Shown piece after piece: positions 13,097 through 27,700 of a DNA stretch of 64,000 bases. How positions within the stretch are numbered: the stretch's first letter is position 1; the number at the start of each line of letters is the position of its first letter. A model generated the notes under the pieces. The model was not told the origin of the DNA and ran no database searches. It saw nothing but the letters and a program-made list of their open reading frames with translations. The translations under genes were made by a program, and so were the position numbers. The stretch is from Peribolospora baueri (taxonomy: Eukaryota), in contig JAMDHS010000002.1 in the NCBI GenBank assembly GCA_029717555.1, positions 186,001 through 250,000 of the forward strand, read 5' to 3'.

Positions 13097-13097
13097 T
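13066..13097 (+). repeat. (CTTT)8 microsatellite
   Basis: Read directly from the sequence. Confidence 0.9.
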
Positions 13098-13483
13098 CGT
13101 TCTCTCATTCTCCTGGGTCTTCGCCGGTCTCCCCCTCCTTCGGGCTTTTGAGTTCTTGCGCTCACGGGTTTCATCTCACCGCCTCAGTAGTCATCCCATA
13201 CCCGTCGCCGTGTATTATTATCATCCCCCGGTTCTCCCGTCACCATGTCATCGAGATCCCGTAACTAACCATACCGCCCGCATCCTCCCGTGTTTGCTGA
13301 GAGTATGATTCGCGCGCGACCTTGCTTCTCGCTTGACCTTTGGACGGCGGCGATGGACGCGATAGCGCGTCGTGAGCGTCGCGTAGATGAATTGAGTCGA
13401 TCGACGATGGACGATCATCATCATCTTCTCTCTTCCACCCCTCCCCCCTTCACCCTTTCGCTCCTCCCCCCTCCCGAACCGCC

Positions 13484-16400
13484 ATGGCACAATGGTTCGA
13501 GTCGCACCGGCTCCTCAACAATTCCATCCCCCTCCCCATCACCTCTCTCGCCTTCGACCCCTACTCCGACCTCCTCTGGACAGGCTCCGCCTCAGGCCAG
13601 CTCACCTCGTACTACCACCAGCCGTCCGCACATGCCTCGCCCGCCCACCATCATCACCCGCACCTCCTCCACGCCGCCCCCGGCGCTACACACATCCCCG
13701 TCCGGTATACGAGCTTCCCCGGCGCAGCCCGCCAGAGCACCGTCAAGGAGATCGCTATCGACGATAGGGGACCCGTCGCCCTCGGCGAGAGGAGCGTCAA
13801 GGGCGCCACCAGGAGGGGCCTCTGTAGATGGCTCGTCCTGTGAGTCCCTTCCCTCACCGCCCCTCTTCGCTAGGCGGGGGCCCCCGCTTGCTCACTGACC
13901 GCCGTCTCCTTCTTCCTTCTTCCCCTGTCTGTCCGCGCTTGTTGACCCATCCCCATCTGACGACTCAGCGAAGGAGCAGACTCTCTGTCAAGCATGTGCT
14001 TTTCCTCCCCCAGCTCGTCCGACATTGTCGCCGGCGGCACCCAGTCCGACATGCTCGTCATCAACGCCAACAGCGGCTCTATCGTGCGAAAGGTGAGTGA
14101 TGGCGACCCCCAAGTCGGACAGACATCCATCTCCCCGGCTCCGATCCTGACCCGTGCCGACGGGTCGCCCTCCCTCCCTCCCTCCCACCCGCCCCCATCG
14201 CAGGTCGAAACGGAGAGCCCTCTCACGGCCATCCGCTCCGGGAGGCTCCTCACCTGCGGGACGCTCAACGGCCAGATCCTCATGCGTGACCCGCGCTCCC
14301 TCCGTGTCGAGTTTCGCTTCCAGGCTCATCCCGGCGGCTTGCTTGACATGGAGGCAGAGGGAAACTTGCTCTTCAGCTTGGGATATACGCTCAGACAAGG
14401 CCACCCGGTGCCGGAGCCGCTGATCAAGGTGTTCGACATCCGAGCCATGCGCCCCTTCGTACCCATCCCCTTCCCAGCCGGCCCCGCCTTCTTGGCCGTC
14501 CATCCCAAGCTCTCCTCCACCGTTGTCGTCGCGAGCCCGCAGGCGCAGTTTCAGGTTGTCGATATTCATAACCCTGGCGATAGCGTCTTCAACCAGGTGC
14601 GGTGCAGGCCGTACTTTTTGCCAGCCCCGCCCGTCCGCTCGTGGCCGCGCCGCTTGGATCGTTCACCTGTTTTCGTTCTTCTTCCTCTTTCATCGACGAC
14701 CGACCTGCGCAGGTGAACACTGGCTCCTATCTCACGTCCATCGCCATATCCCGGTCTGGCGACGTGCTCGCCTTCGGCGACGGTGAAGGCCAACTTCACC
14801 TCTGGTCCACCGCCGAGAACGCCACGTTCCACGACTACGGCACCGGCAGTCCGCCAGAGACCGCAGACGTGCCCGAGTCGCCTCCACCTTACGTTCAGTG
14901 GACGCCGGAGATGTGAGTGGCGATGGCGTGGCCCGCCGCGCACTTGACAGGACGTCGGATGCTTAACTTGAGCTTGTCTGCGGCGGCCATATTCCCTCCC
15001 TCCCTCCCTTCCTTTCCCCCCCCTTTTGCCAGACCCCTCTCCTCCATCGGCATGCCGTACTACAACAACCCTCTCCTCTCATCCCTCCCCTCCAAGTTCT
15101 ATGCGACGCCCTACTCGCCGCTCATCAACCCTCCGCAGAAGATCGACCCAGCGATCCTCTCCTCGATGCGCACCGTCGACTTTTTCGGCTACGCACCGCT
15201 TCCCAAGCACCTCAAGGGGAAGCGCAACGTGGTGACGTCGAGGGGAGGCATGAAGAAGAGCAAGGAGGAGAGGAGGAGGATCGGATTGCCTCTCTTCCGC
15301 AGCGAGAAGGAACGGTCTGGCGATCGCGACGACGTGAGTCGGCGGATCATCCATCTATCTCTCTACCCGCTCGCCTCGCGTGGCCCTTTCCGGCGCGCGT
15401 GTTTGCGCTTCCCTCGATGACCAACTCATGTGCCGTTGGCCGTTTTGTTTCGCTTCCCTTTTTCCCCCTGTCCTTTCGCCTCCCGCCTAGGACCAGGCCA
15501 ACGCTCTTCTCATAGAAGCCAGCCCGGAAGCCGTTCCCAAGTACTACAAAAAGGTGGAGATCCAGTACAGCAAGTTTGGCGTGGACGACTTTGATTTCGG
15601 GTGAGATGAGATGGCCACTTGGACTCAGACTCGCTCGGCGTGTCTGAGGGAGGGTTCGCTGCTTTGCTTTGTGCTGAAGAGTGCCTCCGCTCTCTCTCCC
15701 TTCGCTCCGCCTCCACTATCTTTCCTTTCGCTCCACGCCCACGGCGCGATTGCCCAGCTTCTATAATCGAACGCCTTACAGCGGTCTCGAGACGCACATC
15801 TCCAACTCGTACGCCAACTCGCTCCTTCAATGCCTCCACTATCTCCTCCCCTTTCGTCGCGTGGCCAAGGCGCATATCCTGTCGTCCTGTCCGCTGGATA
15901 AGTGCCTCCTCTGCGAGTCCGGCTTCCTTTCCAAAATGCTCGAGGACGCAAAGGGCGTCAACTGTCAGGCCACCAACTGGCTCAAGGTCTTTGGGGATAT
16001 TCATCAAGGTGAGCCACCGTCGCCTTCCCACGATCCCTTCCGTCCTCGCTTTCCTTTCCTTCGCCTTGCCCCCTTTTTTCCTTCTCCGTCGTCGACCGAA
16101 CCTGATGGAGCGGGATCGCTGATTTCCACATGTCGCTCGTGTGTCGCGACAGCGAAAACGTTCCACCTCATCGACAAGGACGACTCGTCGTCGAACGCGC
16201 CGTACAGCTCTCTCGTGCAAAGCCTCGCCCGTTTCGTCATCGAGCAGACGTCCACCAACTCGAACGCGGCCATGTCGGAACCCGGCCAACCGAACCGTCG
16301 GCTCAACCGGTCCATCCCGGAAGACCGATCCGACCCCGGCACGCCGATCAGTCAGCTGTTCGGCGTCGAAACTAAGACCTTGGCGACGTGCGCTTGCGGT

Positions 16401-18912
16401 CACCACAACGAGAGACCGTCGGATTCGAACGTCGTCGAGATGATGTATCCCCGAAAATCGGTGAGTGCTGGCCCTTTCTTTCCAGACGCGGTCGCCGGAT
16501 GCCGGGCGAGCACTGGCGTCCCATCCATCTGCCCGTCCGTCCGTCCATCCGTCCATTCTCACTCGACTCCTCTTCCGTGCAACTCCCCCTTCGATAGCCC
16601 TTCTCCAACGAGCCACCTCCGCCAAGCGATTTCTACTCCATCCTCCGCTCCTCCCTCGCTCGAGAAACGTCGGCCAAAGCGTTCTGCAAACACTGCGAGC
16701 GTACGGACACGTTGCGGACGCGTCGCGTCCTCGACGAACGTCGTCTGCCGCCACTGTTGGCCGTCAACACGGGCGTGCACACGTCGGCCCAGCTCGAGTT
16801 CTGGACGGATGACTTGGCCGCCGGAGACCCGAGGCGGGGCCCGAGGAAGCGGTTCTTGCCGTCCAGGTTCGGAATCGTAAAGTCGGGTGAACAAGACGTC
16901 GACGTCGTGGAGGTGGAGGAAGGTGCGCAGGCGCCGGAGGGTGCGGTGGTATACGAGTTGCGCGTGAGTGCCGCTCACCAAACAGAGCGGACCGGGCAGT
17001 CTGCGGTACGGGCGCTCGTTAGAATGCTGGGCTGATTCGTTCGACCGCGCATAGTCTATGGTCGCTCATATCCAAGCCGACAGGGACCCGCCCCATCTTG
17101 TCGCCATCATCAAAAGTGAGTGAGCCATCCGGACCGGTTCCTGTCTCTCTCAGAAATCGCCCTTTGAACACGCTTGACGACCCTCGGCGACCTTTGTCCG
17201 CTTCGTTCCAGTCCCGGAGAGCGAGGTTGAGGACCCTTCCAAACCCTGGTACCTCTTTAACGACTTCCTCGTCAGGAACCTCGACGAGACCGAGGCGCTC
17301 AGAGTCCCTGGCCCGTGGAAGGTAGGCGTAGTAGGCTCCTTCTGACCTTGGGCCCGCAAGATCAGCCGCCGTCCATGACCTGCGAGCTCACGGACGAATG
17401 GTGCCCCCCCTCCTTCTCCACCTCCCGTTCTAGGTCCCTGCCGTCCTTCTCTGGCAGCGAGTGGACTCGCAAGAGCTGCTCGACTTTAGCAGTCTGCCTT
17501 GCGAGGCGGACCCGTCCATCCTCTATCGCGACATTTCCGTGTCCCAGTGAGTTACCTCGCGTCGTTCATGTCAGCGACAGGCCGGGGGCCGGGAGGCGTT
17601 TTATTTTTCTTTCGTTCGCTCACGGACCACGATGATGAACAACCGTGTCGCAGACATCGAGATCCGGCTCTGATCAAGCACCAGGTGCTGAGCCCCGAGG
17701 AGTTGCCGAAGCCCGGTACGCTCGTCTCTATCGACGCAGAGTTCGTCGCCATGGATGTGGTCAGTCCGCGAGATTCGTTCGGGTCACCGTCGGCCGGGTC
17801 GGACGACTTGTCGCGTGGCGCGGAGTCGCGAGCTTAGCGTTTCGATCGGCTTTCTCGTTCCCCTGTCTCGTTCTTCAATACAGGAGGAAGTCGATTTCAT
17901 GTCCGACGGCACCAGGTCCATCATTCGACCTAGCCGGCTCAGCTTGGCTCGTGTCTCGGTGCTACGAGGAGAGGGCCCAAAGGAGGGCGTACCTTTCATC
18001 GACGACCACATTGACACTCGGGATGAGGTCAAGGACTACTTGACCCAGTTCTCCGGAGTCCATCGTGCGTCTCTTCGCTCCTTAGCTTACTTACCTTATC
18101 GAACGAACCCCAGGGTTATACGAAGACGGCTCCTTGACCACATACATGTTCTCCGTCTTCTACCGGCAGCGGGCGATCTCGACGTGCACGAGTCCAAGCA
18201 CACGCTCGTGCCGCTCAAGGTGGCGTACAAGAAACTGCGCTTGCTGGTAGACTTGGGTTGCGTGTTCATAGGACACGGCTTGAAAAAGGACTTTCGCATC
18301 ATCAGTGAGTTCGCCGTGTCCAAGGGCAGGGCGATCGGCCGTAGCGCGTTCCGGGTTCGATAAATTTATTCCTGTGCCCGTTCTTTCCTTCGTTCGTTCG
18401 TCGTTCGGCCGCAGACATCTTCGTGCCGCAAGAACAGGTGATCGACACCGTCGACCTGTACCAGTCGTCGACATTTGCCCGAAAGCTGTCGCTCCGCTTC
18501 CTCGCTTGGTTCCTGCTCAAACGAGAAATTCAAGGCGGTGTGCACGACTCGATCGAGGACGCGCACGTGGCGTTGCTCCTCTATCGCAAGTACGAAGAGT
18601 TCAGGACCGACGGCAGGCTGTACGACGTCATGGAGGACCTGTACACCGAAGGACGACGAGTGGTGCGTGTGTTGGCTGGCCGAGGCGATCCGCCGACCGA
18701 CCTGTCTCTGTGCGGGCGGGGGCGGGGACGGCGCCGCTGATTTTACTGTTCTTTCCCCCTTTCCGCATCAGAATTGGAAACCCCCTTCGTCTGTCCAAGA
18801 GTCCACGCCGGCCACGCCAGAGCGAGGCCTGTCCCCTCCTCGTCCTACGGCCTTGCAGCCTGCGGTCCCTTCGGGTTTGGGTTCGGGTGCGGAGCGCTGG
18901 ACCACTTCGTGA
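13484..18912 (+). CDS. PAN2: PAN2-PAN3 deadenylase catalytic subunit Pan2
   Basis: WD40 region ([16 protein letters not shown]); [34 protein letters not shown] pseudo-UCH domain; DEDD exonuclease motifs [19 protein letters not shown] and HDSIEDA. Confidence 0.95.
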
Positions 18913-19087
18913 AAGTAAGAAAGATGTCTTGTTTATCCCTTCTTCCCCTTCCCTCGTCCCGGAGAAGCCGTGTCTGTATACTAGCTGCGAGCGCAGGCTG
19001 TGCGCCATCACGTGGTAGAGAGGCAATGTACGCGCTGGGAGACGCGAGCGATCACCATCATCACTCATCATCATCACCGTCGGCTTC

Positions 19088-20990
19088 ATGATGCAAGATG
19101 GCTCCCGGTCTCGCCCTTTCGTCTTGCGCGAAGAGTCTCCCTCTTGGTCGCCCGAATGCTCGATTCCCCGACGAGAAGAACACCGCAAGGCCACGTCCCT
19201 CGGTCGTCTCAGGCAGGCCTTTGCCAGGGTGGGGCTGTCCGGAGGCAAGAAGGACCAAGATGGTGTCAGACCGGGAGACAAGCCGCTGCCATCCCCGCCG
19301 CCAGCCGGAGTTCCAACTGAGAAGCGGCGCTATCCTCATCATCATCAGCAGCAACAGCAGCAACACACCTCTCGCCCACAGCAGCCCCCGCCAGCAGCAC
19401 CTCCCTCGGCGCCGCCGGCGGATCGGTATAGATTTCCTTCGACGGCGTCGGCAAACGTGTCTGCTCGCTTGCCCTTTGATAGCGCCGAATGCAATGTTCC
19501 CTCCCCGCTCCTCGCTTCTCCCAGACCTCTCGTCTCTCCCTATGATCCCTACCATACCTCGACGCCGTCGCCGTCTTCGTCCGGCCGACGACACTCAGGG
19601 CCGCCCTCGCCCGTTTTCCCGTTTGCCGGCGCGTCTCACTCGTCTGCCGCGCCGCCTTTGATGCTGATGCCTGAACCGAGGCCTTGGCAGCCGACGCACG
19701 GCTACTCCGTCTCCCTCCCGGCCGTTCCTCACCTCGCTTCTTCCGCCCTCGCTCCTCCCTCCCCGTCTCGGCCACCGAATCCCTCCAGACCGCATTCGAC
19801 AGGCCCTGCCCACGCTTCTCCGACGACCCCTGGCGCGAACAGCACGTCCGCAGCGTCGGCCGACAGGCGTGGCAAGGCCGGTCCGCATCGCCTCTCCCCG
19901 AACGCGGCGGGGGCCACCTCTCCTTCCCGACCTACTCCTTCCTCTGCGTCGCGGACGCCGAAGAAACAAAGCCCCAGTCCGTCCAAGAGCCCAGCCGCGG
20001 CGGCGCGCGGGTCGCCTTCGCCGAACGGGTTCCCAACAGAGTTGGACGAGCCGCCCGGACAGGGACAGTGTCACGGGGCGACGAAGGCGGGCAAGAGATG
20101 CACGAGGAAGGTGGCGACCAAGGAGCACGACGGCGACGAGAGGGATCCAGTGTTCTGTCACCAGCACATCAAGGATCTCCTCCGTCCGAGCGGGTTCTAT
20201 GTCGGCAACGACTGGATCGAGTTCTCGGACTGGATCGATCAGACGCTCACAGACGCCACCCAGGCTGCCCTACGCGTGGCCATGGAGAAGCCGGTCAGCG
20301 GCAAGGAAGAGCCAGGTGAGCAAGGCCCGCTAAGGTATGGGCGATGTGACCGACCGAACGGTCGTCTGTCCGTTCTCAAGCTAACCGACGGGACGGACGT
20401 GCGGTGCTCAGGGTTTATTTACATATACGAGCGCGAGAGGCCGAAGAACTCGAGTGCCAAGGACGTCGTGCTCAAAATCGGCAGGGCCGCCAACGTGGTG
20501 CGTACGACGAGCGCTCCGCCGAGATATGCTCGCCCCGGTTTTGTCTCCTAAGAGCGAATTCTTCCATCGTTTTCTCGAACAGTTCAAGCGAGTGGGTGAA
20601 TGGCAGTCTCAGTGCGGCAAAAAGATAGGTGCGCGAGAACGCTACGTTCGTGCGCGAAACGAACGCATCGTTCCCATCCGGAACTCAACTCGACCTCTTC
20701 TCTTAACCTTCTTGTGTGCTCCGCCACTAGTCCTCCGAGGCATCTTCCCCTCCCCACCCAACCAGAGCCTTCTAACAGGAGTTGCCGCCAACCCAGCCCA
20801 CAAAGCCAGGAACATTCACCGTGTGGAACGTCTCATCCACCTTCAGCTGCGGGAGCACCGCGAGCGACGAAGCTGTACGACGTGCGGGGCGTTGCATCGG
20901 GAGTGGTTCAAATTGCCGGACGATATGGATATTGATGACGTCAGGAGAATCGTTTGGATGTGGATAGAGTATTGCGATCGCCTGACTTGA
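19088..20990 (+). CDS. T5orf172/Mug113 (GIY-YIG-like) domain protein with long Pro/Ser-rich N-terminus
   Basis: CHGATKAGKRC...FCHQH zinc-binding-like motif; GFIYIYE; LKIGRAANV; EWQSQC; HRVERLIHLQL; CTTCGALHREWF. Confidence 0.75.
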
Positions 20991-21096
20991 GAAGGAAGAC
21001 GACTTAACATATCCCGCTTTCTCCCTCCACACTCTGATTTATCATATGGACCTGTTGTCCTTGTGGAATGCAATTGCCCGCACTTTTCAGCTCTGA

Positions 21097-23266
21097 CTAT
21101 TGATTGCCCTCGTGCGTCGATCGTCGCCTGCCCAAGATGTGCTTCAGACGCTGCTCCCGCGCCAGAGTCTGCAACGCCTCTTCTCGATCCTTCTCCGCGG
21201 TCTCTTCTTCTTCGCTCTTCCCACCCTGTTCCGACGCGCGCTTGCATATCCCCCACTCTTCTCGGCCCTTTTCCTTCTCCAGCTTCTCCAGGAGCCGAGC
21301 TCGCAAAGCCTGAACGTCTCGTCGTGGAGCCGGCTCCGTCTTCTCCGGAATAGCCCGCAGGTCCTCGCCAGCTTCACTGCCTTCAGACTGCCCACCTCTC
21401 TCCAAAAGCCGCCTCTTTTCGGCTTCTAGCTTGGCTAGGAGCCGCTCCCTGAGAAGCGATGGCGTAGACTTGCCGGAGCCAGTCTCAGGTGGTGTCATCG
21501 TCGACTCGTCGCATACGGGCTGTTCGCTCAAGCGAGGCAACTCGGTTGTTCTTGTCTCGATATCGTTCCCTGCTGGTCGATCAGCCTTGTCGTCGCCCTT
21601 TCGGGAGCCGTCAAGACAGTACCGTCCTCGCCCCAGCCGTACGGATGCTCCGTTAACGTTTGCGCTTGACCTATTTGCGTCTTCAGACGTGAGGTCGATA
21701 ACGTCGACAGCGCGCTCCTTGCCTTTGCGAGAGAGGGTTTGAGAGCGAGCAGAGTCACGCGGAGACCGTGACCGTGAAGCCGGCTCGGCCGAATCGGACA
21801 TGTCTCGAGACGTGGACGGCCCTGCTCCTCGTAAAGACCGCGGTTCGTTGTCATCTGCGGCAGCTGCACGACGAAATCTCAACGATTCGGTAGGAGAACC
21901 GTCCGACCGAGGAGCGCTCGCTCGACTCGACTCATCGCGGAAGAATTTGGGTTCGTCCGCGCCTTCGCTTCGCTTTGGTGACAAGGAAGGTCGTGCGCAG
22001 TTGCGGGACGACCTTGATGGTCCGGGTTCTGGAGAGAATGAGCACCGTCTTCGCTTCCTCTGCGTGTTGTATGTTGTCCCCGGCTCCTCATACTGCCCAA
22101 TGTACGGGACGCCCATGTCAGCTAAGCATGTATTGCGGGAGGGGATGACAAAGTTTTCGGCGAGCCGCTTACCTGAACAACCCTATCGTAACCCTCAATA
22201 GTCTTATAAGGCGAGCGAATAAAGCTCTCAGTCTCGTGCGCCAGGTGCTGTGCCGTCTCATATCCCAGCCACTCAGCCATGAGGCCGATAGCGCCCTCGC
22301 TCTTGATGTCGAGACTCTTCATGAGGCCGACAACGTACGAAGTGAGAAATTCTACGTCGAGGTTGTGGAAAGAACGGTTGAGTGCCCAAAGCTCTCTTCG
22401 AATCCAAACCGTACTCCTTCTGATGAGCTCTGCGTTCGTGTCAAACTGCGATGGGGGCGGGTAGGGGCGAAATCTCGTGGAGGTGTTGCTCGCAATGTGC
22501 TGCGTGGAGGAGAGGGCGATCGTAACGAGTTAGCTCGAACTTCCAAAAGCGCCCCGAATTGTAAATACTGCTCACCTTTGCGTAGAGTCCGTACGAATAG
22601 ATCCTGTCACGTTTCCTCAAAGAAGCCTCCGTCCTCTCCTCTTCGGTCTGCATCTGCTCGCGCAGCTGCCTCTCTCTTCGTGCTCCATACCGGTGGCGAG
22701 GATGAGAGGGGCGCTCGGCGAGCTGCCTTCGCACACCCGAGGAGATGTCAATGAGTGATGGACCTGGTTTGTTGGCAAAGGCAGGATCGGGAAGGGGTCG
22801 AAGGTAGTGCTACAGAGAAAGTGAGGTTGAGTTAGGGAAGATCAAGACGGCTGTCGCGCTTGCGAAATGCTGGTGGCGTGGGCTCACCCTGCTGTACTGA
22901 GTCTCGCTTCGAAAATGATGAATGATGAAGGGACCAACGGGGCTGTTGCAGAGGGGACACTGCATCGGAGAAAGCGTTAGAGAATCACGTAAAGGGTCTG
23001 TGACTGTTTCCGCGCTTGCAAGTAGATTGGTGGCGTCAACGGCAAAGGACACGTACTCTTCTATGCACGTCTGTTCAAGACAAAGACGCGGGGTGAGCAT
23101 GAACCCCCACGCTACCCAGCGTGAACACATCGACGACGCGCACTGACGTACCAGTCCATTTCATGATACATTCGAAGCACGTCTGAGCGTGCAGGCAATT
23201 CGGGAGAACTGCCTTGTCCCTAATGGGCCCCAGACAGATAAGGCAATGGGGCTCCTCATCCTCCAT
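21097..23266 (-). CDS. N-terminal RING-finger protein (Topors-like E3 ligase candidate)
   Basis: MEDEEPHCLICLGPIRDKAVLPNCLHAQTCFECIMKW...CPLC; later AQHLAHETESFIRSPYKTIEGYDRVVQY; charged C-terminal exon 21097-22100. Confidence 0.7.
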
Positions 23267-23605
23267 CCTTCGTTGCAACTACCCGAAGACAAGAGCGACG
23301 AGGCGGGCTGTGCTGACCGCGAGTTCTCCGAGGCCTCCAGCCAAACGATCCGATGGTGATTGCATAACGAATCTCGACGATTGAAGTCAACGGTGATGTT
23401 ATGTAAGCGAACGGCCTTAACTGCGGCTCTTGCGAAAAGAAACACGTGCCTGGCCACGTCCGAGCTGGGAGCGCCTGGGGGTGGTTGACGTTGAGGCTCC
23501 ACCAACACGACCACTCCAACTCCATCCCATTGCCATCGTCGGCTCTTGCTCAGTCGCCCGTGTCCTGTTCCCCGTTTCCATTCATCGCTCTGAGACCCGG
23601 ACGTG

Positions 23606-24410
23606 ATGGTGAGCAACGGATGCGAGCTCAGCCTGCTCACCAAGCCTGCCTGGCATGTTGCTCATTCGCTATCTCTTCTGTCTTGCGATCGGCCTCGCAT
23701 GAACGCTGCTTCCCGGTGTACAGGAGAAGATCAAGGAGGTGAGTCGTGGGCACGCATACCTGGGGGACGCTTGAGCTGCTTTCCTTTCTCTTTTGCTCAC
23801 GCTCCGGCACTGCTCTTTGTCCGACCTTGCAAAGAAACTCAACTCTCTCCGCGCCGAGGCCGACGCGGCGGTGGTTCGCGCTGAGGAGGCCGAAGCGAAG
23901 AACAAGAGGCTGGAGCAGGAGGCGTTGACGAAGGACCAGGAGATCGTTTCTCTCCAGCACAAGCTTTCCCTTCTTGAGGCCGACCTAGACAAGGCCGAGA
24001 CCAAGATCCAAGAGCACAAGGCGGTTCGTGATGAGCACGAGAGCAACCAGAACGTCAACGAGAGCTTGCAGAGGAAGATTGCGCTTTTGGAGAGCGAGCT
24101 TGACAACGCAGAGAAGAACCTGAGGGAGACCACGGAGAAGTGAGTTTCCTGTTCAGTTCCTTAACAGTCCGCCCGTACTGAAATACATGCATCGTTTGGT
24201 TGCGCCGCACCTAACCCCACCTCTCCTTCTTTGTCTCCTTAACCTAGGCTCCGCCAAGTGGACGTCAAGGCTGAGCACTTCGAGCGCCAAGTCCAGCGCG
24301 TTGAGCAGGAGCGCGACCTGTGGGAGCAGAGGTACGAGGAGGCCAACGAGAAGTACCTCGCCTCGAAGCGCGAGCTCGAGGAGACGGTGCAGCAGATGGA
24401 GAGCCTGTGA
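23606..24410 (+). CDS. TPM1: Tropomyosin
   Basis: Spliced product M|EKIKE|KLNSLRAEADAAVVRAEEAEAKNK...ETTEK|LRQVDVKAEHFERQV...QQMESL*, a typical short fungal tropomyosin coiled coil. Confidence 0.92.
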
Positions 24411-24734
24411 TCTCCCTGCGCGTTGTCGTCGTCCCTCCCCCTCCTTTTCGTTTTACACTCGGAAAGATACTTTGTTTTACCACTCCTTACCCCTACTCCT
24501 CTTCGACTCCGCATCGTCCTGTGCTCTCCCTGTTGATCCCATCTCCTGCGCTTTTGATGGCATCCCTAAAGATGTTCGAAGGACCTCGTGTGCCAGAATT
24601 TACCCAATGTTTTCTGAATCGGCCGCTTCATGTCTGAGAGCGAAAGCCGTCGATGATATGTATCCCGCAGGGAGTTTTGGCGTTTCAAGGAGACACACAG
24701 TCAGTACAAATCGGACCGTCCTCCACCATGCACT

Positions 24735-27700
24735 TCAACGTCCCTGCTGCAACAAGCGCAATGCGAGCTCTTCCTGATCGTCCAGCGTCCCTTTCTTTGG
24801 AGAGGTCGGCTGCCGTCCGTCATCTTCGTCTCCTTTTTTCCTCCTTTTGTTGTCAATTTGAGGAGAATCCTCGTCATCAGTCGGCAGAAGGTCAAAGTCA
24901 GGAGTGACGTAGCCGTCCTGAAAGACCGAGAATAGAAACAGACATGTACGTCAGTATGAGCTTTCCGTTGCGCACCAGCTCGGTCTGATCATGGTCAGCC
25001 GAACGACGCGACTCACGTCCTCTTCTGGAGCGGCCAGCTGCACTCCCGCACCAGCTTCGTCATCGCTATCACCGCCATTCTGGACAAGCAAAGTCGGACG
25101 AGACGAGTTGACAATAGCAGAGTGAGCGCATGCCCAGACGCATCCCAACGAGAACCGATCGAGAGAGGACAGCCAGTAAAGGCATTTTTTCTCGACTTAC
25201 CATTCCCTTCTCCCTCAACTTCTTTCTTAACTTCTTTTCCCTCCTCTTCTCCCTCGCCATCTCCTTGTCCCTCACATCGGCGGTCTTCAGCCTATCTTTC
25301 TCCTCCTCCAAGAACCGTCTCTCCTGCTCCTCCGCCGTCCCAGCTTTGCGGAAGTCCTCCTCGTCCTGCATCTCGTAGATCTGGTGCGCTCCCCCTTCGT
25401 CGTCGAAGACGAGCTTGGTGGGCGCACCTTTGAACTTGAGCATCTGCTTCTTCGACTCGCCCATTTTCAGCTTGCGCTTCGAGAGATGCGACTCGTCGCC
25501 GAAAACCGACTTTGCCGGCCCCTCCTCTTCCTTCTCCACGTCTTCCAAATCGTGATCGCGGCGCTTCAGCGTGATGAAGTCGTCCTCTTCATTGTCCTTT
25601 CCGACTTGTGCCCGTTCGGCAGCTCCTTCGAGCAAGTCGGTAGGTTCCTCATCGTCATCGAAAGAGGCTTCTTCACCGGACGCAGCGTCATCTGAACTTT
25701 CAGACGACTGGCGATCGCCTTCGTGGTCGACGAGCCGAGTGAAGTGATCGGCGAGGATGGATTGGTTCTTTCGGCCGAACATGCGGTCGTACTTTGTTCG
25801 AACGGCGGTCTGGGATGAACCAAAGTTTGGAAAAACGTAAGGATGTCTCACGACGAACCGGTGTAGCGACTACATCTCTCCGTCGTGAGGATAGATCACC
25901 TACCTTGTCCTTGGCGTCCACTGCGTCCCCATTGGACTGCTCTCCGCCTTCCTTTTCCGTCGCCGTGTTGACCGCCTTCTTGGCGTTCGTAGCCCGTGCG
26001 TTAGCGATCTGCCCTCCAATTTTCACCTTTGGCGCTCCCGGCAAGCCAAGGGACGCCGCAAATTCCTCCAAGGGCAGCTCTTCGAACTTGAAAATAGACT
26101 TGTCTTTATGTAGATGGACAGAGCGGACGTAAGAAACGAAGGCCTGCGGAAGACACGAAGAGGTATTAGTGCTGATGGCGCTACCGCTAAGCATGCGCAT
26201 GACGACAGTGACGCACCTTCTGTCCCAAGTGCTTGACCTCGGGATCCTGGAACGCAAAGCTCTGCAACTGATTCTGGATGCTCTGCTGCTTGCTCTCGCG
26301 TACCTTGATCTTACTGATGGGCACCTTCTTGCTCTCCAGACGCGCCAACATTCCCTCCTCCTCCGACGGCAACAAGAACAAGAGCCCCTGTCCCTTAGCC
26401 TCGTACCGGGCCGTGCGACCGACCCTGTGGATATATGTATCAACGTCCTCTGGCGCATCGAGTTGGATGACCCAATCGACAGCCGGGAAGTCGAGACCAC
26501 GTGCGGCGATGTCGGTGGCAAAGAGGAAAGCGTGCTGAGTAGAAGTGAAGCGCTCGAAGATAGAGAGACGCTTCGTCTGCTTCTGCTTGCCGTGCAGGGC
26601 GAGGAGAGAAATACCTGGCCGGAGTTTGGAGAAGGTCTCGTGGACGAATTGAACCTGCGTGGATAGGCGAGGAATACATCCATGAGCGACGTCTCGGGGG
26701 TCGAATTCAACGACTTTGTGCACTTACCTGTCGACAGCTCGATAGGAAGACGACGGCTTTGACCTTCAAGTGAGTTCGAACAAAAGAATACAAGACGTCC
26801 AGCTTTCGCGGCAGCTCGCAGACGAGGTAGTGTTGCTCCAAACTCTTGGGAGTGCTGCCCTCAAAACCAGCCTCTTGCGTCGCCACATATTCCGGGTCGG
26901 TCAAGCTGAGCCGAGCCAAGTCCTTCACCGAATTTGTCTGCGTGGCGGAGAATAGAAGAGTCTGTCGAGAGCGGGGCACGTTCTCGACGATGGCGTTGAT
27001 CGTCTTCGCGAAACCCATATCGAGAATGCGATCGGCTTCATCGAGTACTAGTGGTCGATAGCAGATGAGGCGTGTAAGAAAATATTGCGTACATTCACGC
27101 CCTTTAACTGGTCATACTCACCGAGAACCTGTAGATCGCTAGTCTCGAAGCCGACCGTCTGATCCATGTGCTGAAGCAGTCTCCCCGGCGTCGCAACTAG
27201 AATATTCATCCTAGCTAGCCGCTCTCGCTCGTCTTTCAGGTTCTTCCCTCCAATAACGAGACCAGCGGAGAAGGAGTGGAAAGAGCCGACCTTTCGGAGC
27301 ACCTCAAAGATTTGAATGGCCTAGAGAGAAGGAGGAATTCGAAGAGAGTCAGTAAGAGAAAGTGAAATGATGACGGACATATAGAGAGACTATTTACCAA
27401 TTCTCGGGTTGGGGAGATGATCAAGGCGCCTAGGCCGTCTATGGGGCCCCATTTTTTCCGGTACAACGTCTCGAGGACGGGAATCAAAAACGCAAGGGTC
27501 TTTCCGCTGCCCGTCCGAGCCGCCCCTAGCACGTCCCGACCTTTGAGTGCCAAAGGAAGGGCCTTTGCTTGAATGTCCGTCATTTTCGTGAAGAAGGCTT
27601 TCTTGAGAGCTGTAGGCAGGAAGGGAACGGGACCGACGTCAGCGACTGCAAGCAGATATGGAGGGACGAGCCAGACGTGCATCCTGACCTTGCTTGGTTT

